Below are positions 1 through 12,662 of a stretch of DNA of 64,000 nt, piece after piece. A program made the position numbers and the translations under genes. The notes under the pieces were generated by a model. It was not told the DNA's origin, did no database searches, and saw only the letters and a list, made by a program, of their open reading frames with translations. The DNA is from Lingula anatina (lineage: Eukaryota; Animalia; Brachiopoda): positions 12,250,644 to 12,314,643 of the forward strand of contig CM120643.1 of NCBI GenBank assembly GCA_051362555.1, written 5' to 3'. Numbering within the stretch: position 1 is the first letter of the stretch; each line of letters begins with the position of its first letter.

Positions 1-1067
1 AATAATTTTTATTGCTATGTTCATAATTAGCAATGTGATATGACACTTCCATTTTTCATTCTCTCTTTCTTTACTTATTACATTATTCTTGGGACTTATA
101 CATTCATTTTTTACAAGTTCATTACAGGCCACACATTGGGGTCTCAAAAAGCCTTTATTTTTGTTAGCTTAAATTTATGAAATAGTTACACAAGTATTAA
201 CAGATATTCAAAGGTAACCAGTTTGTGAAATGATAAGCAAAACTATACGAGTAAGGCTTGTTGATCTTTTACATAAGAAGTGAGCATTCTGTTTAGGCGA
301 TTTCCAATGATTGCGTGACTTAGGTCGTCAACAAACCCCTGACATTTTATATCCACTAGCTGTTGACCAGCAGATTATGCCAATGTAGAATGAGGCATGG
401 CATGATTCAAAAGCAAACGTAAATAATTTCAAACTTTGCAATTTAATATTAAATTGTCTTAGTATATGAGCAAAACATTTCTGGATTGTTACAGCTTTTT
501 GTATGTAAAACAATAGTTACATAGTTATATAAAATCATGGTTTATGAGAGCTTAGTATAACTTCTGTAAAAAACAAGGGAAAAAAAGAAAAATGATCTTT
601 GAAATTTTAAATTTTTCTAAGACATATTTCATTCTGAGACAGACATACTGAAATACTTTTGCTTTTCAAAACAATTTGTCAAAGTTCATTTTCTTACTTT
701 TATCTCTTGGTGTTGCATTTCGTGGTAATTTACTACATTTTTATAATTTATCAATTTGCTTATGGTTTATATTCCAACATAAGGCACTTATCTTCAATAT
801 TTAACTTATAGGAATATTTTCCTTAATTAGGCATAGAAAATACGCTTCAAGGTTGATGCTTATATAACCCATGCAATGTCAGCCTTAGGACAATGCTAAA
901 ACTAAGTTTTATCATCAAAAACAACATAAAGATTTGCGTCATCTATGCTGCATTAAAAATGTTTGAGAAACCAATCTTCAGTTAGTCAGAAATCAATATC
1001 ACTGAAAAATGCTAAAGAATGCAAGTACATCACATTAGTTAACAAGGTGAAAGAAACAGTTTACATA

Positions 1068-1236
1068 CAGGGGCGGATTTAGGCCGTCTTCTGGGTCTTC
1101 CGGAAGACGGTCAGATTTCCAAGTTTACATTGACGGGTATCTAATTTTTTTCTGTCGGAAGACGGTCAAAAATGGTGGATGGATCAACAAAGATAATTTG
1201 GAAGACTGTCAGAAAATATCTCTGGATCCGCCCCTG
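1068..1236. mobile_element. MITE family E, copy 1 (CAGGGGCGGAT..ATCCGCCCCTG, TSD ACATA)
   Basis: TIRs with ACATA on both sides; homologous to 2493-2650. Confidence 0.85.
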
Positions 1237-1347
1237 ACATACATTGTGAAGAACGGGTTGTTCACAAGCTTCACACTACCACTAGGACTTGTCTTTAACT
1301 GCTACAACAACATTATATATATATAAATAAAAGGTAATACATGTTAC

Positions 1348-1383
1348 CTGTAAATTATTACTAGTGAAAAACGAGTCATTTGG
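1348..1383 (-). other. Candidate 36-nt exon of the - strand gene
   Basis: tgcttttttttctgttttAG | CCAAATGACTCGTTTTTCACTAGTAATAATTTACAG | GTAACA. Confidence 0.4.
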
Positions 1384-1892
1384 CTAAAACAGAAAAAAAA
1401 GCATTTGTTTGACCCCAGTTCAGCACCACATGGCGTCCATGTTGATAGAGACAGCTGACATTAGAAGGTAACGTTGGCGCCAAACTCTCTGTCCAACTCC
1501 GACACCTGTTGCACTCCACATAACTACCATCAGTGAAGTGTCATAGCATCATATACGTCGGAACTCAGTCTGCTAATGGATGTTGGACATTATAGTGTTG
1601 ACCTCTGCTACACTGATCAAACAACTATAACAGGCCGATTGAAATAGATGTTCAATGGGTGTTCATGCTAATGCAACCCAGCACAAAAGCAACTGTATGA
1701 ATATTTGTGTAGGATTCTTCATTTTCATTAGTCTTCATTATACTCCTGTTTGCTTCAATGTACAAATGTTAGGTAATGGAATTTGGTAAATATTGCACTG
1801 CACCATAAATAATTTTAAAACATTACTTAACATAGTATACCATATACCTCTTATTACTTCCTTCATCATGTAACTGACAGTAGATCTCAACA

Positions 1893-1893
1893 T

Positions 1894-1936
<43 letters not shown>

Positions 1937-1939
1937 TTT
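1893..1939. repeat. (ATTT)n microsatellite; another at about 4800-4834
   Basis: Direct reading. Confidence 0.9.
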
Positions 1940-2492
1940 GGAGGGGGAGAAGGCATAAAAACTTTATGTCCCTTTGATTTTAAAATGTAGTTGATAAATA
2001 CATCAAAAAATATAAATGAATTTTCAATAAACACTTATCTCCTTCAAATTTGCAGGTAATCTGAGGTAAAACCTGCCAACCTGTGCCTAACCTTATACCC
2101 AAGATAAAACTGTGACATCATATAAAAGAGGATTCATTTCAGGCTCTTGAAAATCCAAGGTTCATATGCTGGTCAATTTTTCAAGTAAAAGTTAACGTAA
2201 TAACTAGCCAAATTCAAACAAAACTGATTAATAACAGCTCCCAATAAATTGCCATATTCACTTTGTAATACCTCAGAAACAGGCCTCAGAGGTTCCAATT
2301 AAAAGATAATAGGATTTAAGTAAAAAAAGTATGTGAGATCTTCAGTCAGATTAACTCAAAATATTAAATCTTGAAATTAAAAACATATTGACATATGTGG
2401 AGAGTTTGAAATTTGTTAGTAATGACTGAAACACAATGTATACAGACATATGCTAAATAACATTGGCCATTCTAACCTGATATTTACTAGTA

Positions 2493-2650
2493 CAGCGGCA
2501 GATTTAGGCTGTCTTCTGGAAGACGGTCAGATTTTCAAGTTTACATTGACGGGTATCTATTTTTTCTGTCGGGAGAGGGTCAAAAATGCAGGAAGGATCA
2601 ACAAAGATAATTTAGGAGACTGACAGAAATTATCTTTGGATCCGACCCTG
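2493..2650. mobile_element. MITE family E, copy 2 (TSD TAGTA/GAGTA)
   Basis: Colinear with 1068-1236 with degenerate TIRs; about 20 bp from the donor of exon 2670-2747. Confidence 0.82.
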
Positions 2651-2669
2651 GAGTAACAGTTAATCTTAC

Positions 2670-2747
2670 CTGTGACACTGAAAAGGTAAGGGTTGGCTGA
2701 CTGGATATTAACTGCTGCTGTGGTTACTGTTATTGGTTGGTCTTCTG
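2670..2747 (-). CDS. Probable coding exon of the same - strand gene (AEDQPITVTTAAVNIQSANPYLFSVT)
   Basis: 78-nt exon, acceptor ttttttgcAG, donor CAG|GTAAGA. Only the phase-1 frame is open, compatible with exon 25910-26053. Confidence 0.6.
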
Positions 2748-4114
2748 CTGCAAAAAATTAAATAATAAATGTGTCAGAAAATACATAAATTATGTTAATG
2801 ACAAGTGTAATTATGGGACTTGGGTAAATCCTGTGGTAATCCTTTCAAAGCTAATTTCATAATTTACAATACAGTCTCAGAACTGCAATTAAACCTTTAA
2901 CCTCTATTGCAAAATGGAATTTATCATTACAGTAACACTGTTCGCAGTTTACTGGAACTTTTTAATAAAAATGTCTCTTTATATTTTCCAAAGTCAACTG
3001 AAAAAAATCATTGCCAAAAAAAAGTATGTTTCAAAGTGAAATGCCTATTTTAAATTCACGCTGTCAGCCAATGATGTTAACTTAGTAACAAATAAGTCAC
3101 ACAATAATCAAGTATTTTCCAATACAGTCAACCCACATTTCATTCCCTCCTACTAGCTGGCTCTGTATGGGCAGGAGCAAACATTCACCATACAAAGAGG
3201 ACCAGCTATTACTGGTTTACTACATTTGATTATGTCCCAAAATCTTATTTTTGTCCAAATACCATGCAAAACTACCAAATGTTTTCCAATTAAGACTTTT
3301 AAAATGATAACACCCCCCCCCCCCCCCCCCTTAAATAAAAGCACCTGATGTCAGGAGTTCCCTTCTACAGGAAGACATTTAGAACTTAAATTATCTAATT
3401 AGAAATGCTTCAAAAAAAATCAAGTCAAAGCACAGGGAAGTGTTGAGCAATGATTCATGAGCAGCAAAAAATTGTTTTTCTCGAGAAAAATTAGATTTGG
3501 CATAAAAAGTCTTACGTAGACAGGATACCTCTGATAGACAATGTATTTGACTAACTCAACACCAGCTCTGTCAGACACTCTCAGTCTCTTACTTCCACCC
3601 CTCCCCCTTTTTTTTTTTTTTTTTTTTTTTTTTTGACAAACATTGACAACGACAGTGCAAGATGGTCACCAGCATGATAATGTCATATTTAGCGACAAGC
3701 TATCTTTCCCTAATAACAAGGCATTAAGACAGAAATATATCACAAAACATACAAACAGCATGCTATTGTTTACAGTATGTTTCATGCCCACAGGTTACAG
3801 ACCTATTTAAAACAGCTGAAGATTTTGCTGCATAGACATATTTTTTTACAACAGAAACTGTCTGTGTATTTGTGTGCACACATGCAATATGCATACTTTT
3901 TAGGTGCTTCTGTATCCTTTTGAATGTGTATAATATATGTGCATTTACCTAGGCCTTGTTCGGCAATCATTATTTTTGCTGAAATGACGGCGCCTCCTTA
4001 AAATTTAGTAGTAATACAGGATTATTTGAAAAATTATGGAAGCACTTGTCAAACAAGGCCACTGGCACTACTCCTAATGGAAAAGAATCCTTTGAAAAAT
4101 TATTGGATCTGGAT

Positions 4115-4288
4115 AATGATCAAGATCACCACCAAAATAGAATCACTTTTAACTACGCTGATTTCTGACCCATCTTGAAAACTTCATCAAAATCCTGCCA
4201 TAACTTTCTCAGAGTTATAGATTGGTAACAAACAAACAAATAAGCAAATAAACAGACAAAATACACAACCTCTTTGGTGGAGGTAAAA
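4115..4288. mobile_element. Fragment related to the right arm of the 36.7-37.5 kb element
   Basis: GATCACCACCAAAAT..AATCA..TTCATCAAAATC..ACAAAC..TTTGGTGGAGGTAAAAA shared with 37400-37545. Confidence 0.6.
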
Positions 4289-4798
4289 ATAAGAAAAGAA
4301 ATAATCTAAATATCCTTAAACTGGCTAGGACTGACTTTACAATGTCTTGCCAAAGTCCAAGATAACGTACTGCCAGATAACTTACTGTTTGACTGTTAAA
4401 AAAGATCTGCATATCAGGTTGTGACTTACCTTACAACAGAATGAGAACAGCAAAGACAGTGAATGCAAGAAAATGTTACGACACAGAATGACTTGCTGAA
4501 CGACTGATTTAACCACAAACTGTTACACAATAATTATTGTATAATAATCACACGAAACTTGTAGCAAAACACCCGTAAATTAATACAATGCCTGGACTTC
4601 ACATAATGTGCTGGTTTTATCATTGACAAAACAGCACGACAACCAAATATAAACTTGAAGTGACATATAATTAACAAAATTCAGACAATATTCAGATGAC
4701 TTTGATACAAATTTCATTTGATTTATTACTATTTTTACTGGTAAAATAATAAATAAGTAATACACCTATATATTATACCGAAATATAATTTTGGTTTT

Positions 4799-4836
<38 letters not shown>

Positions 4837-5260
4837 TCTGATCTGCTACCTGTCTTACAGTGTGCCATGACGTTCCAAGATAACAGAAAACAAAATTTCA
4901 TTTTTATTGATGGCAAATAGTTATTAAATTTACCATGTTTGTTTAACAAAACCCAAACAATTCAAAATAGTACTATTAAGTTTTAAATTCAATACAAGTC
5001 TGTATCTGTTTTTATGACTGCTTTCATATTTTTCTGGCCTTATTCTGCTGTCAGTACTGCAACTATAAGATAAATATTTAGTTACAATGCTTACAATCAT
5101 AACTATATTGTAAAAGTCAAAAACATTATCAAAAAATCTTAATCATATGCTTGGAATCATTTTTTTATCATTCCGTTTTATGATCTTGCTTCAACAAAAC
5201 AACAAATTCAAAAAGATGATATTAAAATTGTAAAAAAGAAAAAAAAGGACAAATATTTAA

Positions 5261-5644
5261 AGGGATAACCATTCGTAAGATGTCCATATTTCACAATAAA
5301 TACATTGTGAAATATGGATATCTTACAAACAGTTGTTATCCCTTTAAATATTGTATTTCTATGTAAATAACTCATAGAATTACAATAAATTCTATTTTAC
5401 CCCCAAAACGGCAGTTAACACAATTATTTTGGAATTTCTGCTTGCCATCACATCAGGTAACTTCCATAGAAGGCTACACTCTGTAATAATCTCTTAAGAG
5501 ATTACAAAAAAAAACTTTTTAGAAAAAAAATAGTGACTAATTTTGACTGTTGGATGGATTCATTTACCATTGGTAAGAATGGGACAATTGTCCTTTACCC
5601 CAGGAAAATTCATTTTTTGGTCAAAATGAACAGTTGTTATCCCT
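5261..5644. mobile_element. TTAA-flanked (Kolobok-like) non-autonomous element with internal hairpin
   Basis: TTAA[AGGGATAAC...GTTATCCCT]TTAA; the right terminus occurs twice (ending 5343 and 5644). Confidence 0.6.
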
Positions 5645-6605
5645 TTAACATATAAGTCAAAGTTAGGCAACTTCAGATCCTAAAGACAAAATTATACAAT
5701 AAAAAATCACAGGCTCCAGTGAGCCTGATAGTCAGCATGCATAAACAGCAGAACTTTGACAGGTGCTTTCAGCTTGCAGAAATTGTGATGTAATAAACAC
5801 TCTAATACCATTTTCCCCGATGTTACCTTAATTGTAGACATGAAAGCTGAAGCATGCTAAGCATATCACCAACAACAGACAACCGTTCAGTTGCATAAAA
5901 TATTGTTCCACAATGGCTTCCATTCTATTTGACAACACGTTATTTTAATTTCCCTTCCTCTTGCCTTCAAAGTTATTCAATAAGTTAACTGACCAATCAT
6001 CACAGCCCAAGACCAATTAGATACTTCAAAAAAGTGTCAGCAGCAGAAAAATCGGCACTTCAAACATCTCACAGCAAGCTTTTCAAACCTTGCTGTTATA
6101 AGGCTCACTATCACTACTACTTGTATCAGGGCGTTCCATAACACCAAACTTTAAAAAAAAATCAAAACACACTATTTTAATCTACTCCATACTTAAATAA
6201 AAGCTAAGTCTCTTCAAGTTTCTTCTTTATTCATTGGCTATATATTTTGAATTCTATCTTGGAACCCCTATGAAAAAAAACACTGCTATTCACCTAATTT
6301 ACAGAGCAAAAATCTGCTGTCTTATATTCTTGACATTTTCAGATGATCTTTAACAATTTGCAGAGTTGCCAACTGTATATATTCTATGTGTTATTTAGGA
6401 CAGACAGCCATTGTTGAAAAGTGTTATTCTATTGTCAGTAATGTGTTAGGCAACAGATCCACATATTTTGAGTAGTTACGTTGATTTCTTCATCATTTCT
6501 GAAACAACGTAGAAGATAGCATACAGCAATATTTCATGGCTATTGGTCTTATTTTCTAATTTCTCTAGAGATCAATGATCTTGGAAACCTTAAAATTGCG
6601 CTCAC

Positions 6606-6643
6606 CTGTATTGAAAACAACTTGGTAGGCACCGCAATTCAGA
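6606..6643 (-). other. Candidate 38-nt cassette exon (frame-disrupting) of the - strand gene
   Basis: ttctttcccacAG | TCTGAATTGCGGTGCCTACCAAGTTGTTTTCAATACAG | GTGAGC. Confidence 0.35.
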
Positions 6644-6987
6644 CTGTGGGAAAGAACGCAATCACTGGCTGCTGCATTGGTAGTTTTACAGGGAAATTTT
6701 TAAGAAATGCGTTAGGTGAGATGAGTAATAAAATAAAACCATATAAATCATTTTAGAGGCCTGAAATGAGACCTTTGGCACTGACTGACATCAAATGAGA
6801 CTAGAAAACATACAAGAGCCCATGCAAGATTGGGTTGAATCCAGGTGAATCTCATAGGTTTAGGTTTGTTGTTTTAAAAAGCAATACAAAAGAGCCCAAC
6901 CAAGCATTCCAGCTCGCCAGAGAGAGAGAAAACTCTAACTCTTTCTCCCCTCTACACCGTAACTGGTATAAGAAGGACTAAAAAAAT

Positions 6988-7028
<41 letters not shown>

Positions 7029-8145
7029 GAGAAACACATGGCAAATCGGTACTGCTGTGTAAAACACTTCCATTCAACAAAACAACCAGAAAAATATCTG
7101 GAGAAATTATGTCAGCTTTTTTTATGATATATGATATCTCATATTCAGAATTTCAGTATTTGATGATGTCTTATTTTGAAATGTTTTTATGTTTCTGTTT
7201 TGTCTCATGAGACAGCCATTTTCTAGTATTATTTTCAAGTAAAGCACATATATTTATAACTACCAGTTATCTTAAAATTAAGACACATTTGACATTCAAC
7301 TTTTTCAAACAAGAAGCCACTGTTTTCCACACTTCTTTAATGAAAAAATTAAGAACTATTTGTTTCTTCAAAATTTAACCATTTGGGCCATGCAAGCTAT
7401 CTAAGATTAAAAGATTTTGTTGATGTTAGATAACTTTAAAACATAACTTATCATTCAAATGTCCTTTATGTGCTAGAATGTATTTTAGAGACCTGATTAT
7501 TTCCTACCTCATTCATTTAACCTCTGATAAACTTCTCTTATTGTTTAACATTTTTAATAGTCTTCTGTTTTATTGAACAATTCAACTGCATTTAGTTGCA
7601 AAATAATCATGGTTGTGAAGTTAAAAAACACTTTCATAAAAAATAAAAATGTATAATATAGGAACGCAATGTTAAAATTTTCACTGTATGTATGTATGTA
7701 TGTACATATGCGAACATGCATGCAAGAATGAATCTTTGTGTTCTTTTGAATATAAAAAGGTACAAGTGAATTAATATATATATGAAAAAAGTACACTTTT
7801 TATACTTTGTATGTGCCAGCCCCTGCATGAGCCCATTAAATGACAATGGGAACTCAAACATCAAAATTCTATGATACCCCTGTTTACACTCTTCAGTAAC
7901 TATACACAGTATCATTTTAAAAGGTATGGCTATACAAACCAATGACACTGAACAGAAATCTCCACTGCACTCTTTTCCCTTTTCTGACAGAAAAAAAAAA
8001 GTCACTGTTTATACTCTGTGTCTGGCATGTGACAGGTCCCTGAAAAGCTATTTACACTTACACACACTGAAAAGATCTGTTACTTTCTGATCTCACAGCT
8101 GTTAGGAGGCCACCAAGTACACTTACAGGGACTATAATACTGTAT

Positions 8146-8696
8146 CAGGCCTACCCAACTACCAGACTCGGCACCTACGGATCCTGAATTAACCGGTATA
8201 TCGGACCACGCTACCCGTTTTCAAGGTGTGTGTCAGATCGCATTTCGGAGTATCATACCCCAGAATAAATTTTGTAGCACGACTGCGGGCTCATCCACGC
8301 TCGGCTGAACAACCTGAAACTGTACTCTTACTTTAGAGTACTCTATTTTATTGTCTCTATGGGGGTATATGGGGACTTTACGACATTCGGTTTGAATGTT
8401 TTAACCACTTTTGATAAGGCTTTTTTGCATTGTATTAGATTAATGTGGCAGTCTTAGGTTCATCTAGGTGGCTTTCAAATTTATGCGCCCGGTTTTAAAA
8501 TCATATAGCGATTTTACGACAATCGTTTACTATCCAATCAAAGTGACAGCCGAGCATGCCAGGGCTCATCCTGTCGGTGTTCTGCCTGATACTCCAAAAT
8601 GCGATCTGACACACACCTTGAAAACGGGTAGTGTGGTCCGATATACCGGTTAATTCAGGATCCTTAGGTGCCGAGTCTGGTAGTTGGGTAGGCCTG
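8146..8696. mobile_element. MITE family A, copy 1 (about 110-bp TIRs, 5-bp TSD TGTAT)
   Basis: CAGGCCTACCCAACTACCAGACTCGGCACC... with its reverse complement at the right end; TGTAT at 8141-8145 and 8697-8701. Confidence 0.92.
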
Positions 8697-8768
8697 TGTA
8701 TGCTATATATATATGTGTGTGTAACTTGGGGGTTATATACAGGGTTTTTGAACTCCTCAATTGTTATT

Positions 8769-8815
<47 letters not shown>

Positions 8816-10569
8816 TTCTCCCTCCCTCCCTCCCTCTCTCATCCCTCCCTTCTCTGTCCCTCACATTAATATACCAGCATTCTAAGCATTTGTATTTAAA
8901 CAGCCAAAGATCACAAAGTTTGTTCCCCCTCAATTTTGTGCACACTCGTGTAGTAAGACCCTAACCAGTTCCTAGTTCTGGTGAGTTACTCCAATCACTG
9001 TCTAAAATCTAGTTCGACAGCAGGATTTTTAGAAACCCGTTAGCAGAAATGTTCATGCAGTCACACTACAGCAATTATCTGAACCGTGACCCAATTCACT
9101 ATTTTTACGGATGAATGGCCATAGTGTGAATGTGTTATAATAGAAAATTGTTGTCAATCTCTGACAAATCATTTGACTTTTTTTCCTCCACCATCTTCAG
9201 TTCCAGGAGATTGAAAGTCATTTCACTTTACCCTCATTTTAAAGTACAGATCCAATTATCTTATCATTTCTGAGAAGTGATGGTAAAATCACATTTAACA
9301 ACTCTTCATAATTGCACATTTCCTTTTTTTTCATATGAGAACTGCACCAACTTCAGAAGGCAATAGGAATAAATATATAATGGCCTCATGGTACTCTTTC
9401 AAAAAATTATTGCTAAATAATTCATCTACCATTAGGCTGCAGAAGGTTATGTGATTTGAGTATTTCATTCACAGAAAAAGAAAACCTCTTAAGTAAACTA
9501 TACAAGATGACAAACAGCAACCAGTTAGCATAAAATATCTGACAAAAGTGTACATTTCAAATCCTGCCCAATTTAATTTAAACAAGAAATATCAATATGA
9601 TCATAAAGTTTATTTCATCCAAACATGCAAATGTTTTCAGTTACCTCGTGCAGGAATACAAAATAACGTAGGACAACCTTTGATGTGAAAGATCAAACAA
9701 CACACAAAGACCTTGGTAAGTCCCACTCAATATTGACCTACCTAAATGAACCTTGACAGAAAATTCTAAATGTCTATATCTACTAATACTATAAACTTTG
9801 TAACACTCAATAAAAAGATCCTCTTTGTTCTTATATATCATACTCTGCTTTATAAAAACAAATGCCATAAAATCTTGTGCTTAAAATCTTGAAATTTTTT
9901 CATCATCAGCTTTTGGGTTTTGACACTGTGAAGGAATTCAATTTTGAAAAACAAATGTTTAGTACTATGAAATCTAAAATGTAAGAATAATCAAAACTAA
10001 TATAATGACAGTGACCTCTGATTTAATGTTCAAAACATTTACTGTGCTCAATCTTAATCCCCCCTTCTATTAGGTTAATTATGAAAAATGATACCATCCA
10101 ATAGTAAATCTGGCTAAAAAAAAAAAAAAAAAAAAACTCAGCAACCAGCAGAATGCCAAAAAATTCATTTAATTCCAGTCACGTGTTGCATTAATCGTCA
10201 TTTTCAATAATTACCTTGCTTATTAATTATACAAACAGACTTTGGCCGAGAGTTGGACACCTTGGCATTCTGTCTCAGCTGCTGTGGACTATTACCAGGC
10301 ATGATCCCCTAATTACTACATCCAGAGAAAGCACTGTCTCCATAGCCTACTACTAGACACAGTCAGGATGTTACATCTCAATCACTTTCAACTAATATAC
10401 CAGGATAGTAGGCTTACTTCAATAGAGTTCACTGAATATTAATACCTGCTTCCATTGATGTGGGGAAAATGATAAGTGCTCTTTACATAAGAAGTCAGCT
10501 GTGACAAAAAATTACGAGATCGGGAGTTTTTACTGATGAGATTATTTTCGTAATTTAATGTTGACTTAC

Positions 10570-10900
10570 CAAAATTACTATCGCGATCAATGGATGATCA
10601 ATACAGGGAGTAATTGACCGCTCCGCCAAAGGTCCTGATCCTACGACTCGCGCTTTAACCACCTCTACAACCTCTCCTCAGGTGTTAATGAAACACATCA
10701 TTTTATTTTTCTTTACGCTTTGAAGAAAATCTCGGACACTATCTCACAGTCTGCGGCTAATGAGCAATTTCCAGCGGGTCAATTTGTAATCAAGATCTAA
10801 TTAAGGGAAACAATGGCAGTAGGCACTGCCCTCGCGCATTCCTTTAAACACATTCGCACTCACTTTGTTTGCACGTAACGAGACAGGGGTTAGATATGTA
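10570..10900 (-). promoter_or_regulatory. Candidate alternative promoter/non-coding first exon or enhancer inside the - strand gene
   Basis: CpG-retaining non-repetitive block ending at donor TTG|GTAAGTC (10569), with TAAT and ACAAT motifs; the two frames checked are closed. Confidence 0.35.
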
Positions 10901-11172
10901 TTGATTGATTTTGCTGTCCCAATACTATTCCAGCAATTGTGTACTACAGCTGAGTATTTAATGTGGTTTCAATTATTCACTGATGAATGGTGGGGTTTAT
11001 GGCCACAAGTATGCTAAAGGTTGTAAATGATACCGTCTGCTCCACTGGAGACAATATATGTCACATAACAGTCTACATATCATTTTTGGATAATCATAAA
11101 AAGTCTACAACCCTTAGTATTAATCCCCCTGTTGTCTTATATATGCACATCTATGCATTGATATCAAAGTAC

Positions 11173-11177
<5 letters not shown>

Positions 11178-11226
<49 letters not shown>
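11178..11226. repeat. (GA)n microsatellite; similar tracts at 6990-7032, 8773-8812, 18448-18476 and 28157-28187
   Basis: Direct reading. Confidence 0.95.
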
Positions 11227-11230
<4 letters not shown>

Positions 11231-12595
11231 GACTTGTTGTGGGCCACACATTTGAAAATGTATCCAAAACAAACAACAATTTGGTGGACATTTTGTAACT
11301 GCACTTTATTTTCACCATAATCAAACATAATTATTATTTTGGGGGTTTGATTATTCATAGCAACAGCTAGCACACTACCTACTACTAACTACTAATTTTA
11401 CCAAATTGCACTTTACAGATGTTTTAATTATTTAAACTTAGATTTACAAAAAAGGACTTAAAACCTATAGCCATATGCCAGTCTTACATATTCAAAACTT
11501 TGCCAATTTCTCTGACCTATTCTGATCTTTTTTACTATGTAGTTGTGTACGCGGTAGTGCCTCAGGAATCTGCATGGCCTTCATATAAATAACTGTCACA
11601 ATACTCCCATTTCTAAAATGATTTGCAAACAGTAAGTCTAGGAAACATTATTAAGAATTTGACTGTATGCTTTGTATATTGTTATCAATCTTCTATATTA
11701 CCTTGAAATTATATTACTTTTAAAATATTAAATCTTTCTTTAAGACGTTTTATAACATACCTGTTTTATTTAAAGCATTATCACGCTTCTTTCATTTCTG
11801 TGGATTTCCTGCTTCATCTTTCATATTTATTCAGCAAAATCTTTCATTTTGCCCTTTATCTTACATATTAATATACAATATACATAGATATAGCATCCCC
11901 AATAAAAATGAACATATAGATGCTTTCAAACTTTGCTAAGAATGGAGTCCCTTTTCATTTAATATCAAAATAAACAAAACGTTTATTCTGTCTCCATAAA
12001 CATTTTAAGTCGGCTCTAAATTACAAAAACCCAGTGCATCTATTATATTGGCGATGGTCCTAAAACAAGGTCGATACAAAGTTCTTTCAGTTGTTAAATA
12101 GTTTGGCAATAAAAAAACCTTAACCATGTGATGATCTACATCTAAGTCAAAGCAGCAGTCATGCACAAATCTGATACAGTTACCATTCAATCTTTCCAAA
12201 GGGCAAAACTTATCAAACTTCCATTTACATAATTTTATAATCAAAAAAATTATATTTGTGTATAGCATTTGCGGTGCTTTTAATGCAAAGAATAGAAGTA
12301 TTGAGTGGCCCACTTTTGTATTTTTTTACTACCAATCAATAGAAATGTTCTAAGTTTACAGGATCTGTAAAATTCACAAATTTCCACCATTGAAAAGTTT
12401 GAGTAATTACCATAAGCCTGTATAATATCTATAAATAATATTATTATAAAATCATGCAGGAATAGATATAGGATGACGTAAAAAATACCACAATGGTGTT
12501 TTTTTTTTTTTTGTTTGTTTTTTTTTTGTTTTAACAAAATACATTTCCTTCAGTAAAATCAATTTTCATTTTCTGCTTTATCCATGAGCACAGGC

Positions 12596-12662
12596 ATGTG
12601 TGTGTGTGTGTATGTGTATGTGTTTGGTGTGTGTGTGTGTGTATGTGTGTATGTGTGTGTGC
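12596..12662. repeat. (TG)n microsatellite; (CA)n also at 14076-14110
   Basis: Direct reading. Confidence 0.9.

Noticed and set aside
8146-8260. RAG/Transib (RSS-like) identity for the 5-bp TSD family
   Set aside because: The termini are CAGG rather than CAC, and no heptamer/nonamer arrangement or transposase is visible.
8631-8885. Recurrent ORFs beginning MWSDIPV (also 23192 and 63200-63397), suggesting a peptide family
   Set aside because: They are translations of the family A TIR from GTG starts and diverge immediately outside the repeat.
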